A stretch of DNA of 54,561 nucleotides, the filler included, from Sluysia triapertura (Eukaryota): assembly GCA_046118255.1 (NCBI GenBank). It is 4 parts of 4 records of this genome, joined end to end, with 100 filler letters (N's around TTAATTAATTAA, not from the genome) between each part and the next. Parts side by side here need not be neighbours in the genome. Positions count along the whole stretch, not along the records: positions 12,148 to 24,497 come from JBJNIA010117306.1; 3 more parts are not named here. One strand, written 5' to 3'. Under the pieces are notes generated by a model that was given only the letters and a program-made list of their open reading frames with translations, was not told the origin of the DNA and made no database searches. The position numbers were made by a program, and so were the translations under genes. Below, piece after piece: positions 12,218 through 24,597 of the stretch. Within the stretch, counting starts at the first letter, position 1. The number at the start of each line of letters is the position of its first letter.

Positions 12218-13482
12218 AAAAACACATGTTTAAAAATAATGATTGAAAGCTAAGCTAATATATAAGTAATTTTTAAAAAGATTTTGCACACACCAAAATA
12301 TTATAATTTAAAGATTCAACAATTTCGATTCAAGTTTTTTTATTCGGAAAATTGTGTACAAGTTCTCTCCTTGGGAATTCTTAATTCTACGAAGGTTTTA
12401 ATCGATCAAAATTTTATACAGATTCTTTTCTTGGAGACGCTGCTTTGTGGAAATCATTTTTAAAGAAAAATTATTAATCGATCATAAGTAAGCTAATTTT
12501 TGATAAGTGCATTTATAAAATTTGCATCAACTTATTACGTAAAATCATTTTAAATTGACCCAAGAATTAATCCTGGGTCAAAATTTTTATCAAACTTTAC
12601 CAATTTGTTTATTTATTTATCATAATTCGTTATTTTATTTTGATTAGACTTTAAAAAATTGAGTGTACATTTGTTCATTATTATTTTGTTTATTAATAAA
12701 GTCTTTAAATTTTTTAAAAAGGAAAAAAGTCTCGATTATATAAAAAAAAGATATTGCAATATTACTATAAGTGGTTACAAAGTAAAGTAAAATTGTTAAA
12801 AATACTGTTAAGTTCTTTAACGTTGCCATAAGATTATAAAATACAGTTGGTATTAATTCAAATTAAGTTGCCTAAGGGTGCAATAAGGATATAAAATACA
12901 GTTGATATTAGATAAAGCTTATTATAGAAAATACCAAAAGAAGTAAATTATAAGCAAGTAGTTTTAAAGTGATAAAAGCATTTGATCATAAAAGGATTAT
13001 TTCAGATTAGCTATTTGTTAAGTTCATAAACAGATTTAACCCTCTCATTGTATTCATTTTAAGAGTTAAGTCTGTTTGTGCATCGTAGAGATTCAAATCC
13101 TGTGAGCACGTCCTTTTCAAGATAAACCCGTTACACAGGCGAACCCATTTTACAGCAACTGTTATAATTGTTTTTCGTAAGAAAGGAAACACAGAAAACA
13201 AAAATATCATTTGCATAAAACAGTTAATACCTCACTAAAGCATTGTGTATGATTGACCTCCACTATTTCCATTTAACGTTCCACTGACAAGAGTAGGCCC
13301 TTAATTGAGTAAGATCAATATCGTAAGGGACTCACAAATTTGCAACAAAATAAAAGCAAAGTTATATATTTTCAACATAAAGATATTGTTATTTTTAGAC
13401 TTTATTCTCTTTTGTTAAATATATTTGACAAAATATAAATTTTTAAATAACCTACTCTGTATAGTTTACATAACACTTAATC

Positions 13483-14698
13483 TCACAACAGCAATATTTT
13501 ACACACTAAAAGCTTTAACATATATTCCTTAATCATTTTAACCTCAGGTAATAATTCCATTGATGCACGAGCTTCTAAGGAGTTTAATGAATCTGTAGCA
13601 CGATTTACAATACCATTGAATAATGAGTAATATGCAATTGACGCCATTTCTAAATAAACAGGAACAGAAAACGTTGGAAGCCGCTTTAATATAATATTTG
13701 CAGCCTTACGACCTGATCTTGGTGGAATTAAAAGCTAAATTGGTTAATATATAATACATGAATATAAAATTATCAAACTTGATGTTTCTCTGGGTGAACT
13801 AACGAAATTAATTTCAACATGGTTAAAAGACTATTACTAGACATATGACAAATATTATCATAATAAATTCTTAAAAAATATAAAATTAAATATGAACGAT
13901 CAACAGATGTGATATGATTAATAATTTTTTTGGAACATAAACTTGTTTCAGAAACTTTGTGAAAAGCGTCAGGAACACCAAATTTTAAAGTCGGTAATAC
14001 ATTATTTTGGGGTAAGACACCTAGTGAATTAAAATATGAATATGGAATGAACACTGAAAAATTAGAACTTGAATAGATTGTATTTTCAACATTAATTTGC
14101 AAATCATTATTTTCAACTTTATTGTATAAAATAATTTCTGCATCCGAATTATAAAGTGAGAGCAAACTTGCTTCAATAATATCTGCAATAGAATATCCAT
14201 AATGATAATCATGAGACTTTTTTGAATCATTGAATGGAGAAATTGAAGATGACCGCCGACGAGATCTTTGACGCTTTGGAACATCTGATTCGCTGTGAGA
14301 TTGTACTTAATAAATAAATTTCAAAATAAAATTACCTAAAATTTAAAATAATACTTACAGCAGATACTAAAATATGCCAACATCATTGATGGCAGTATAT
14401 CCACAGCGACTAAAATCAATTTATTATCCGAAGAACAAAATAATTTATTTATATATGTACAAACATGATGAAGTGAATCGCCATACACTTTATCTTCCAA
14501 ACGATTATATACAGAATAAATAGATTCAAGAAATATGTTGTTAATTGAAGAGAAAATAGAACCATCTGATTCATATTCCAATAAAATTTGCGAAGCTTTA
14601 CTTGAATCTGCAGTCAAATGAATTTTTTCGTTAAATTTAACTAATTCATCTATTAAATTTAACCATGCTGTCAATTTAGAATTCAATAACTTTTTCAT
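13483..14698 (-). CDS. FAM126: Hyccin / FAM126 family (PI4KA complex subunit); exons 14698-14359, 14305-13779, 13734-13483
   Basis: LHHVCTYINKLFCS..ILPSMMLAY; IEASLLSLYN; RSYLILYFLRIYY..MSSNSL; YYSLFNG..ATDSLNSLEARASMELLPE follow the hyccin motif order. Two short in-phase GT-AG introns; the exact 3' end is uncertain. Confidence 0.85.
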
Positions 14699-15179
14699 AT
14701 TTTCGCATGTACTTATAATAATAAAAATTCAAAAAATGAATAATTTTATAATGCGAAACAAGGTAAAAATAAAATTCAGCTTTTAATCCACATTAAATGT
14801 TTCCCAGTTTAAGGTAGTTTTAAATTAAAACAAATTTAAAGTAAGAGAATCAAGTTAATTTTTCTAAGGAATCAAATTTATATCATAAAACGGTTCATAA
14901 AATCGTTGTATTCAAGATTTAATATTAAAAATACTATTATATACGAGACAAAATTAAAAAATATTTTGATTCGAAAAGATGGTTTTCAAAGATTTAAAGT
15001 TAAGAAAAATTAGTGTATTCTTTAACATTTCGTAATTATGTAGAAATCAAATACATGGAAATTTTAAAATGAGAAAATCCCATATAAATAAAAAAACTGA
15101 AATTGCTCAAAAAGTCTGAAAAGCTTTAAAAATTGATTAAATTAAATTCCATATTCCATAATGATCAGAATAAAATTAT

Positions 15180-16330
15180 GGAAAATGCTATTTTGGATCG
15201 AGATTGAATGGATATTTTTTCCTAAATGTTGAGATGGTGTAGTAATTGGTGTTATAATAAAAATCAAATAGGCAAGAAAATAGTTGACATTCATTTTAAA
15301 ATTTGGAATTAAATCTTACTGACATAAATGAATCTTTATATTTAGAAATTATATATAAACCACCAAATAGTTCAATTAAATAAGTTTTAGGTGAATTTTT
15401 TGATTATTTTGGTAAAAACAAAGAAGTTCAGTAACAGAAGATTTTAAATGAAGAATATAATATAAGTAAAAAGTTCGTCGAATGAACCGTTTAAAATTTA
15501 AACTAACTAATATGGAAAAATATTAGATTTATTAATAACTAATATTGATAATATATTATTATTGATATAAAAGTGAATGAACTATTAGATATATCTTATC
15601 ATTATTTATTTGTGTTTGGTATAAAAAGATTAATTACAGAAATTTATCAAAAGTTGAAGAGTAAATAAAGCCTTGTTTATGTAGATGCATTAAGTAAATT
15701 ATGTAAAAGAACATTTTATATGCAAGCACTTTAAATGTAAAAATATTATAAGAAATCTTGCTTAAGTCAGAGATTATTTAGTTACGAAGAATAAAACAAT
15801 TTAAAGAAAATTTATAAAGCAAAGAATATATAAATTCTAATAAAAACAATGAAAATATTTACTAAATCATTTAAGTTGAATGTTAAGAATATTTATAAAT
15901 TATTTGGTTGAAAAAAAATCATTTACTTAAAGATAAAATTACTTCAAACTTCTAAATTTATCACCAAAAGTCGAAAAATTACAAAATATTAATAAATCAA
16001 ATATTTAATTAGACATACAAAAGTATAAAATGAGTTTGAATTTAAAACATTAATGATGATTTAATAAATACTACGTTGGAAATGTCAAGAACCTATTCTA
16101 TTGAAAAGTGTTAGCCACTCATTGCATATCTTTATTGTAAATTCTAAAATTCCTTAACAACGAAATATTTCCTCATCTGAAATATGGCGATGCATTATTT
16201 TTTTACTTAATGTCAAATATATCATTCTTATCAAAATTGATCGAAGAAACGTTTCGCCATAATTAGACGAAAAATAAACAATTAAAAATAGAATACAATA
16301 ACGGTATACTACAACGGCGATTTTTAGAAA
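15180..16330 (+). mobile_element. Degenerate LINE (CR1/L2-like) APE endonuclease and RT remnants
   Basis: IIYKPPNSS (~15348-15374, YRPP motif) and LMSNISFLSKLIEE (~16207-16248, cf. RPISNLxFLSKxxE). Many stops and frameshifts. Confidence 0.6.
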
Positions 16331-16960
16331 TTATAAATATTTTATTGAAGAAATTCGTGTCGTTTAAATTGAATATGAAATAAACATTACAGATAATGTT
16401 CATAATTTAGTATTAATGCTGAAACTTCACTTTTTATATTTATTTCATGTTCGTACAACAAAAATTACCTATTAATTACTACGGGCCACGATAAAAACGT
16501 AAAATTTATTTTGGCATATATAAAAAAGGTTGCTCATTTTGGTATACTGTACTAAATTTCGTAGAGAAAATAAGATATTATCTCATACAGTGTTTTATTA
16601 CAGTTAACTGCACAAATTCTCATCCTCAAGTTGATTATTTTCAAAGTGAAATTGAAATGTCATAATTTATAGTGCGATATTAAATATATAGCCTTCCATG
16701 TGCATGTTTTCAGATATATGTGAAGGATTACATATACAAATTACTTCACATATCATAAATGTTGTCAAACTATCATTGATTGCCAATTTTTTAAAATATT
16801 TAAAATATTTTTTTCTTTTTGTAACGCAGATATTTTAAATTTAAATTATTTGTCACAAACAGATCTTTATTAAAATTTAATTTAAATATTATTTGAATTG
16901 TAATAGTAAGGTAATGCACAATGTGCACTTCTTTCAAAATAAAATTACATAATATCTAAC

Positions 16961-19900
16961 ATCTCTAATATCAGTTCTTCTTGGTAATTCACAAAAATTT
17001 TGTCCAGGACCTGTTTCTGTGTCAGCTAATTCAGTAAATAATTCTCGGCAAGTATCAATTTTGTCTTTGGATAACGGAACTGCCTAAGATACATCATAGT
17101 AATATTATGGGAAGCACATAAATATTGCAAATATTGTTGAAAATAATTTAAATAAAATATAATATTGTACCTATTTTAAGTATCTAAATATCAACTAACA
17201 TTCACTTTATAATTTAAAAACTGCTAGAAAAAAGCTATAAAGTAGTAAACAAACGTGAAGGAAAAAGGCAAGAATCCATCACACTTTATTAGCTCCCAAA
17301 AATATTATTGATCAAACGCGGGTACCAATAAAATACATAAAATCCGCTAAAAAGTTAATATTAATATTAATACTAACTAGAAAGGCGGATATAAAAAATA
17401 GTTAGGATTATAATGAAATATAATGTACTGTGAAAATATATTATCAAAAAAGATAATTTGCACCGTAATTAACTAGCATAAAGAAAAAAAAGTCACAATG
17501 TAAGATCCGAAATTGCATAAATTAAAAGGTAAAATATTGATTATAGTAAAGATCTGATGTGATGAAAATTAAATAGTTATTGGCTATAATTCAGAAACAA
17601 GAATAAATGATATATAAACATCAGAAATTTGTAAAGGCATTAACAATGGAAGACAGTGGTAATTGAAGCCAATGTATAATTGGTTTCAAATCTTGTTGCG
17701 GTTGTCACCAATTCTGGGAATTCTTCTTCATTCATTGATATATTATAAATTATATTATAAATTAAATTAACTTATTATAAATTAAAATAATTTAAAACAT
17801 TTTAAAATGCAAAAAGAAGTTTTTAAGTGTGACATTTATTTTTAACCTTGCAAGTCTTTTGTTTTGAGTTTATTATATTTGTGATTAAAGGATAAACTTA
17901 AGTCCACACTATTAACAAAGCACTTCCATCTCTCCCAAAGAGACAAATCAAAATAATTCACGCTTACTCATAATTATAAACCTGAAGTTTAGGATAATGT
18001 TTTAGAATAGTTTTATAAAGCAAAATAAATAGAGCAAAGATAAACATCAAATTTCGAAAAAACTATAGACCTAAACTTAAAAATGAACATAGAATTATAT
18101 TATTCGGCTATTCATCCAACTATTAGTTATTTATTTTATCTGTACAACGTTAAAATATGATCCAATATAAAATTAATGAAAAAAAAATTAAATACATACC
18201 GACCTAAAAATAAGAACTGTTAACTTTTATTTTAGTTTTAGTAGAAAACACATTTTAACACGTTGAATGCCATGGAGGTCACCAGTAACCGGCGAAACCA
18301 ATATTATTAGAAGTACGTGTAAAATTAGGGTGGCATTCAACGTTTTAAATAAAAAATGTGTTAAAGGCCGTAATAGTTGTAATAGATAAAAATTTCATCA
18401 GTTAATAAAATATAAGATTTTATTTTTATAAAACAATGATATATTTTAGTCCGTTTTTTTAAATATTTCATTCATCCTACAAATGTGTTTCCAAAAACAT
18501 TCATAAATAAAAAATACATATCGTCAAGAGAATAAAGATTGCTTAAATCAATTAAATAATGAATATTTTACAAGACAAACCTGCATTTGAAAATGATTTG
18601 CTTTGAAATTTCTTTCAAAAAATACAACACCTAAGTCTAAATCTTCAAAATACCGTCGTATACATTGCATAAATTGTCGAATTTCGCGCAAAACTTCTGG
18701 CGGGCACGATGCCATTGATTGGTAATGTCCTATTGTTACAATTAATAAATGTCTCGTATTCAATGGACCTTTTGGCATAGCTAGATATGTTTCCGTGGAT
18801 ATGTGAACAATTAAATGTTTTTCTACCTGTGGATTTCCAAGACAGAACCAACAACCATCCTGAACAATTTTTTCTGTAAAAAATAATTGAATTATGAAAA
18901 TTATTGTAACCTCATTTTATCAAAAGATAAATTTTATTATGTGCAAATAATGTGGGAACCCCTTAAATATTGTAAAAAATAATTTGAAAAATCATCTTGT
19001 ACTTTATTGACTTTTGATTATGGACGACCTCGTGACTCATCCAAATAAGTTCTTTGATGTTGAAAGGCTTAAGAAAGTTGACGTAAAGAATTATTTAAAG
19101 AGATTATTTAATAATTTACTAATGTGTAACTTCGCAGTGATTATAGAAACTTACATTGTGATTTAAATGAATGCTAAGAATATTAGATAAATGATGCAGA
19201 ACAACACTAATGCCTTAATTGTAAAATTAATAAAGGCCTTCGGTAAAGTAGTTTGAAATAATGTGAAGTATTATTATGTAATATTACACATACAAAAATT
19301 TTATAAAATACAGCGCTTTATAAATTCAATAATATTGTAAAAGACGCTTGCCCTTAAAATATTACGCTTTTTTAAATCCGCCAATTGTTTTAAAATCAAT
19401 AACTATTTACAACCCTCATTTTAAATAGAGGTGTAATATTTATTATCTTGAATATTATTAAATAAATATTAAATGAATATTATTAAATAAATTTTATAGA
19501 ATTACTGTTGAGTTATATTTGTTACACATTCATTTGCACATGATAGCAACATTATTTGACCTTAAATTTTTTTTAAGAATATTATACAGCCGTAATGTAA
19601 AATCTATTATATAAATTATTGTGAAATTGAATTGATTAAAAAGTAAATATTTGTTAAATGGAAGCTGATTATAACATAGATTTAGTGTTGAAAATTTAAT
19701 AGTTATTGGCCAAAAATGGCCATATTGAACGAGAAAAATTTTGTAGAATAGTTTTAGTTTATATATCGGTGGACAATTGACTAAAATTACACAACGTTTT
19801 TTCTTTTTAATTGTGGCAATAATTTTAAGATTTGGAAAATGCAGTTGCATTAATTTCGAGATATAAATAACTTGAACTCATACTCCGTACTGTATTTCCA

Positions 19901-21726
19901 TCTATGCTTAATACGTTAACTCATAATTATAATAAACTTTAATATACCTATTTAAAATCCTATTAGTAATTTAAATAAAAGAATCGAAGATAATCAAACG
20001 AAATTTCAATAAAACTACAAGTTTTAAAACAAAATAAAATGTGCAAACTGTTTCACTATATGAAACTTTAATATGCTGAAAGTTAATTATAAATTTATCA
20101 CAATAAAAGTAAATATTTTAAAAACCTAAAATATTAAATCAATTTTCATTAAAATACATTAACTCATATTAACCCACTATTTGATGCGATTGTCACACTA
20201 TTCTCTTTGTTATGCCAATAATCAATGACCATCGGTATTACGAAATACTCTTTGAAGTCAAACAACCCTAGTTCACTAATACATTAGGAATAAAAATTAA
20301 AGTATCGTTAGAAAAATAGAATTTTAATACACTGTACTAAATATGAGGCAACGAATTAATATGGGTTAACAGTATAATTTATAAAATTATCTCTGCTAAT
20401 TGCATTTCGACAAAATAGAGTAAAGCCAATAGATATAGATTACTTCTTTTCGACACTGTTACATAGCCATTACAATTATCTTGGTCGTCATCGAAGTTTT
20501 CAAAATTTGGTGAATGATCTGGCGAACTTAGCGGTCTTTTAAATATGCGCTCCATTTTTGTGATGCCATCAGTGTCGAAAAAATACTGTTTATTTTCATT
20601 CTGTAATAATAGTAATAGTAATAATAATATCAATGACTATTATATTATAAAATCATTAGTTCCTATCCACAAATAATTACACGATAAAATTTTAATAAAA
20701 AGATTTTTACATTAAATTAAAGTAAAATTAAAATTAAATACATAAGTATAATATATTAAATACATAAAATTAACAAACCATAATTTGATGAGGATCGATA
20801 TCATTAAAAGGATTGTCTGTAAGCATTCTTGGCTTATTGGATAGAGCTTCTTTAGTCATCTCAATCATAGGAATAACATTAACGGCATAAAGATACTAAA
20901 TGATGTTTATTAATTTAAAACATTCACTTGAACACTTAATTTAAAATAAGAGATTTACTTTTTCGTTTTTCTCATTCTTAACTGATCCTAATGAAATAAA
21001 ACGTGTAAAATGTTGTAACTCTGACTGATGCGTATATTTGTGTTTCCTAAATATACATTATTTATTAATTAATAGTACTTGAATGGTTCGCGTTCAAAAA
21101 AGAAGCCCATGGTTCCGACTATATGATATCGTGGATAAACCAAAATGGACAAAGAAGAACATAAATTACTAGTTCTATCCAATTTCTGTGTTAATGAAAC
21201 AGAGCTAATTAATTCAACATTAGTAGGCCACGAATTTGTAAATAAAATATCAACTCCAGTATAATTCAAGTTGGAGCACTGTAACCTTTGAATCAAATCT
21301 TTGACATCGTATAAATCTGGCTCAACCGCACTAATAAAAGCAATTTTAAGTTTTCTTTTCAGTTCCAACACTCCCTTTCTACCAACAAAAGTTAAATTGG
21401 AACATATTAAATCGCCATTTTTATTTATTCGACTTTCGAATTCTTTAACCAAAGGACTGATAACAAAAGTTTCGATATCAACTAAATAAATCATATTCTA
21501 ATAAAATAAAATAAACTTTTTCTTTCTCCATTAATGTAAGGATCTAGAAATTCCAAATTTTTACCAAAAAAGTTGCCAACACAAAATAAAAAATCAAATT
21601 TTCCTTTCTTTTTCTCTAGAGCCGACACCTTCTTATAAAGTTCTGTTAAGCGACCATTTATATCTCCACTTACAAGGCTGAATAAAATTAAAATGCATAA
21701 AAAGTAATTTACATCTTAAAAGTCAT
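16961..21726 (-). CDS. CWF19L1: CWF19-like protein 1; exons 21726-21713, 21677-21517, 21481-21079, 21046-20959, 20895-20779, 20600-20444, 18873-18581, 17083-16961; 3' exons not found
   Basis: MTFKILVSGDINGRL..KKKGKFDFLFCVGNFFG; GVDILFTNSWP; PRYH..FFEREPF; TRFISLG; CWFCLGNPQVEKHLIV..PKGPL..HLLIVTIGHYQS; VVFFERNFKANHFQMQAVP. All junctions are GT-AG and phase-compatible. Confidence 0.95.
18259..18344. mobile_element. 86-bp piggyBac-type MITE in CWF19L1 intron
   Basis: 13-bp perfect TIR ACGTTGAATGCCA/TGGCATTCAACGT, with TTAA on both sides (18255-18258, 18345-18348). Confidence 0.75.
20173..20365. mobile_element. ~193-bp piggyBac-type MITE in CWF19L1 intron
   Basis: TTAA-CCCA...TGGG-TTAA with a degenerate ~24-bp TIR (CCCACTATTTGATGCGATTGTCACA vs CCCATATTAATTCGTTGCCTCA). 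Confidence 0.55.
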
Positions 21727-22139
21727 TTAAATGAGAAAAATAGATACGAAATCATCTATTAAATTAAATTAAATAAAACGTACTATTATTTTTAACTATA
21801 GAAAATCTTTATTAATTATCATTATATTAGATTATTAGATTATTTAAGCACTACATAATTTTGTTTAAAATGTAAAAAGCCAAATTATGTTTATTTTAAC
21901 AAAAACATTTATTGCACAAATTTTAAGCTAAAAAATTTTTAAAAAAATTTATCTGATTTAACTGAAATTAAATTAAAATTATATTATATTTAAAAGTTTT
22001 CGATACGACTGTAATGTTTGCTTTGTGCTTTTTAACCTTATATTGATTTTGTGTGGTCCAATTCATTACTTCTAATTTTATTACAAAATGAGCATTTTAT
22101 AAAATTTCAAGTCATAACATAATTAAAAAAATTCCTAGT

Positions 22140-22320
22140 TTAAATCAAATGATATTCAAACCATTCTTACATTTCATGTCTTCAAAACCTTTCTTCACAA
22201 CATCATTCAATCAAACATTTTAAAATTTTAATTATTTAGCAATAACATTACTTGACAAATTTAATCTACAAGCCATCCACAAACTCAATCAATTCACATT
22301 AATACCATATTAAAGCAAGA
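22140..22320 (+). repeat. Module Y fragment
   Basis: CA-skewed; exact 15-mer shared with 7951-7965 (opposite strand). Confidence 0.55.
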
Positions 22321-23897
22321 TTACAGCTGATGTGGTTTCCTAAAGAAAGCTTACGACCGCAATTGTTTTGATAATAAAGAGTTCGCCTATAATCCGAATC
22401 TTAGATAGTGTGATGGTATTATGATAACATTTATTTAGAGTTAAAGTTGTGTTATATTTCATTTTATTTGGTATTACAAAAATGATAAAAGTTTTATTAA
22501 ATTTATTTTATAAACAATTATTAAAATAAGCATTGTCTAAATCATTTATGGGGTTAACTTTACTAGAATAGTTGACTAAGCTTGTTAAAATATAAAACAG
22601 ATATATTAGCTAAACAATTAAAATAATTTATAATTAAAGTCTCCAGTGATATTAATTTACTACATATAAATTGTAAATGAATGTTTTGATTATACAATCT
22701 TGAATATACTTAGATACAATTTCAAAATGGAAATAAAATTTTATTAAAAATAAATAACACAAATAGTCACAAATAATACTTGATATAAATAGAATGTTTC
22801 TTTACTTGAGGACGGATCCGAGAGAATTGAATTGATCTAGAAAGATGGATTGATGTAGAAGTGTTCTACTGAGAAGTGAAGATTTCATTGACATCTTTAT
22901 AAAATTCGGATATAAAAAGTTTCTGCATAAGATTGTCGATATAAAACATTCAAAGAAATTGTTATGTTCAACAAACAAATACGTCGTTAGTAAAATGTGA
23001 TATTTTGAAGATGGATCATAATTAGTTGAAGTAATTATATAGCATATAATGACATATATGTTCTTATTTTATAACTTTAATTTGTATTAAAATAAAATAT
23101 TTTATCAAAGAAAATTCTGAAATTGAACAAAAAAATTCTAAATTTGCATGTATTATAATGTTTACTAACTAAGATGAATCTTTTCATATCAATCATCATC
23201 ATATTAAAATCAGAAAAGAATTCATTGTTTTTAAGTATAAAAATTGAAAAAGGAAACTTCTTTAAAAATGTTAAAATACAAACACGTGAAACTTGAAATT
23301 TCTCCTCATATCCCATAAATGTTATAACAATCGAGTACACTGTGATCGTTGGCATAACATATTGTTGCGTCTTTAAAATTACTGGCTATTATGACTCAAT
23401 ATTAACTTGGTTAGTTTAAAGGAACCTTAATAATTTGAATAGTCAGTATATCAAATATATTTTTGCAATAATCTTCTCTTATAATATCAGTAACTATTAT
23501 CCCCAAATTTAGGTACTTGATACTCAAAATCAAAACTAAGACAATAATGTAATATTAAACAAAAATTCGTAATATAATTTATTATCAAAAAATATCTTTA
23601 CTAAATGCTGAGAATCACTAAAACGACAAAAATGACAATATTGTTTGTAATAAAATCAAAGAAATTGCAATCTAATTAAGACAAAACAACCAGGAGTGAC
23701 GCAACAAGCACTAATAATATCTAGAGAATTAATAGTAATTATGTTATTTAAATATTTTAGGCCAACATAACAAAAAATGAACACGATTACAACAAAATCT
23801 TTTGGAAAGAATAACTTTAAAGAAAAACGTAACAGTAATTTCTAAAGATAAAACACTTAGTATTTTGATAAATTAAATTGCGCATGGATTTTCTTCC

Positions 23898-24068
23898 AAA
23901 AGTATCTTAAAAATGCCTAAAAATCAAATATTAGCCTTAACAAAAATTGTGTAGAGAATTGTCTGTAAAATCACTTTAAAATAGCTGAAAATCAAAAGTA
24001 TCTTAAATGTACTCTTTAACAAAAATTGAGCAGAGAGTTGTCTGTAAAATTACTTTAAAATAGCTGAA
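23898..24068. repeat. Imperfect ~80-bp tandem duplication
   Basis: TTAACAAAAATTG.G.AGAGA.TTGTCTGTAAAAT.ACTTTAAAATAGCTGAA occurs twice. Confidence 0.85.
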
Positions 24069-24497
24069 TAGAAATAGAATTTAAATAGGTGTTTCCTAGC
24101 AAAAATCTCACAAAATATTTAACAATAAATTATGCGATTAGTATTAAAAATTTATGAAAATTACGGGGGACGTTTTCCACAAAATTATTTGAAAAAATCA
24201 AATTCAAATAAAATCTATCCCTTAATTTAAATAAAATAAAATTAACAATACAAAAATAATTTACATGGATCGTCCAATCAATTCAAAATCTCACAACCAA
24301 ACACTATCTCACACAAATCATTCAAACCTCTTTGAGTATCAGACCGACAATAACGACTATGACAACTACATGAGACGGGCTGTAAAACTCCATTAGATAC
24401 AAAACATAGAAATCTGATTCATTATCAACCATCATTTTCTTTTACTCTACTCAATCTATTTTTACTTAAATTACTTTTCACATTAAAATAACAATCA

Positions 24498-24597
24498 NNN
24501 NNNNNNNNNNNNNNNNNNNNNNNNNNNNNNNNNNNNNNNNNTTAATTAATTAANNNNNNNNNNNNNNNNNNNNNNNNNNNNNNNNNNNNNNNNNNNN
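24498..24597. other. Synthetic contig linker
   Basis: 44N-TTAATTAATTAA-44N. Confidence 0.95.

Noticed and set aside
14021-14284. Alternative-frame or antisense ORFs (14021, 18645, 21301, 27764, 46028, 47301, 48841, 53388)
   Set aside because: Shadows of real coding frames, with no independent motifs.
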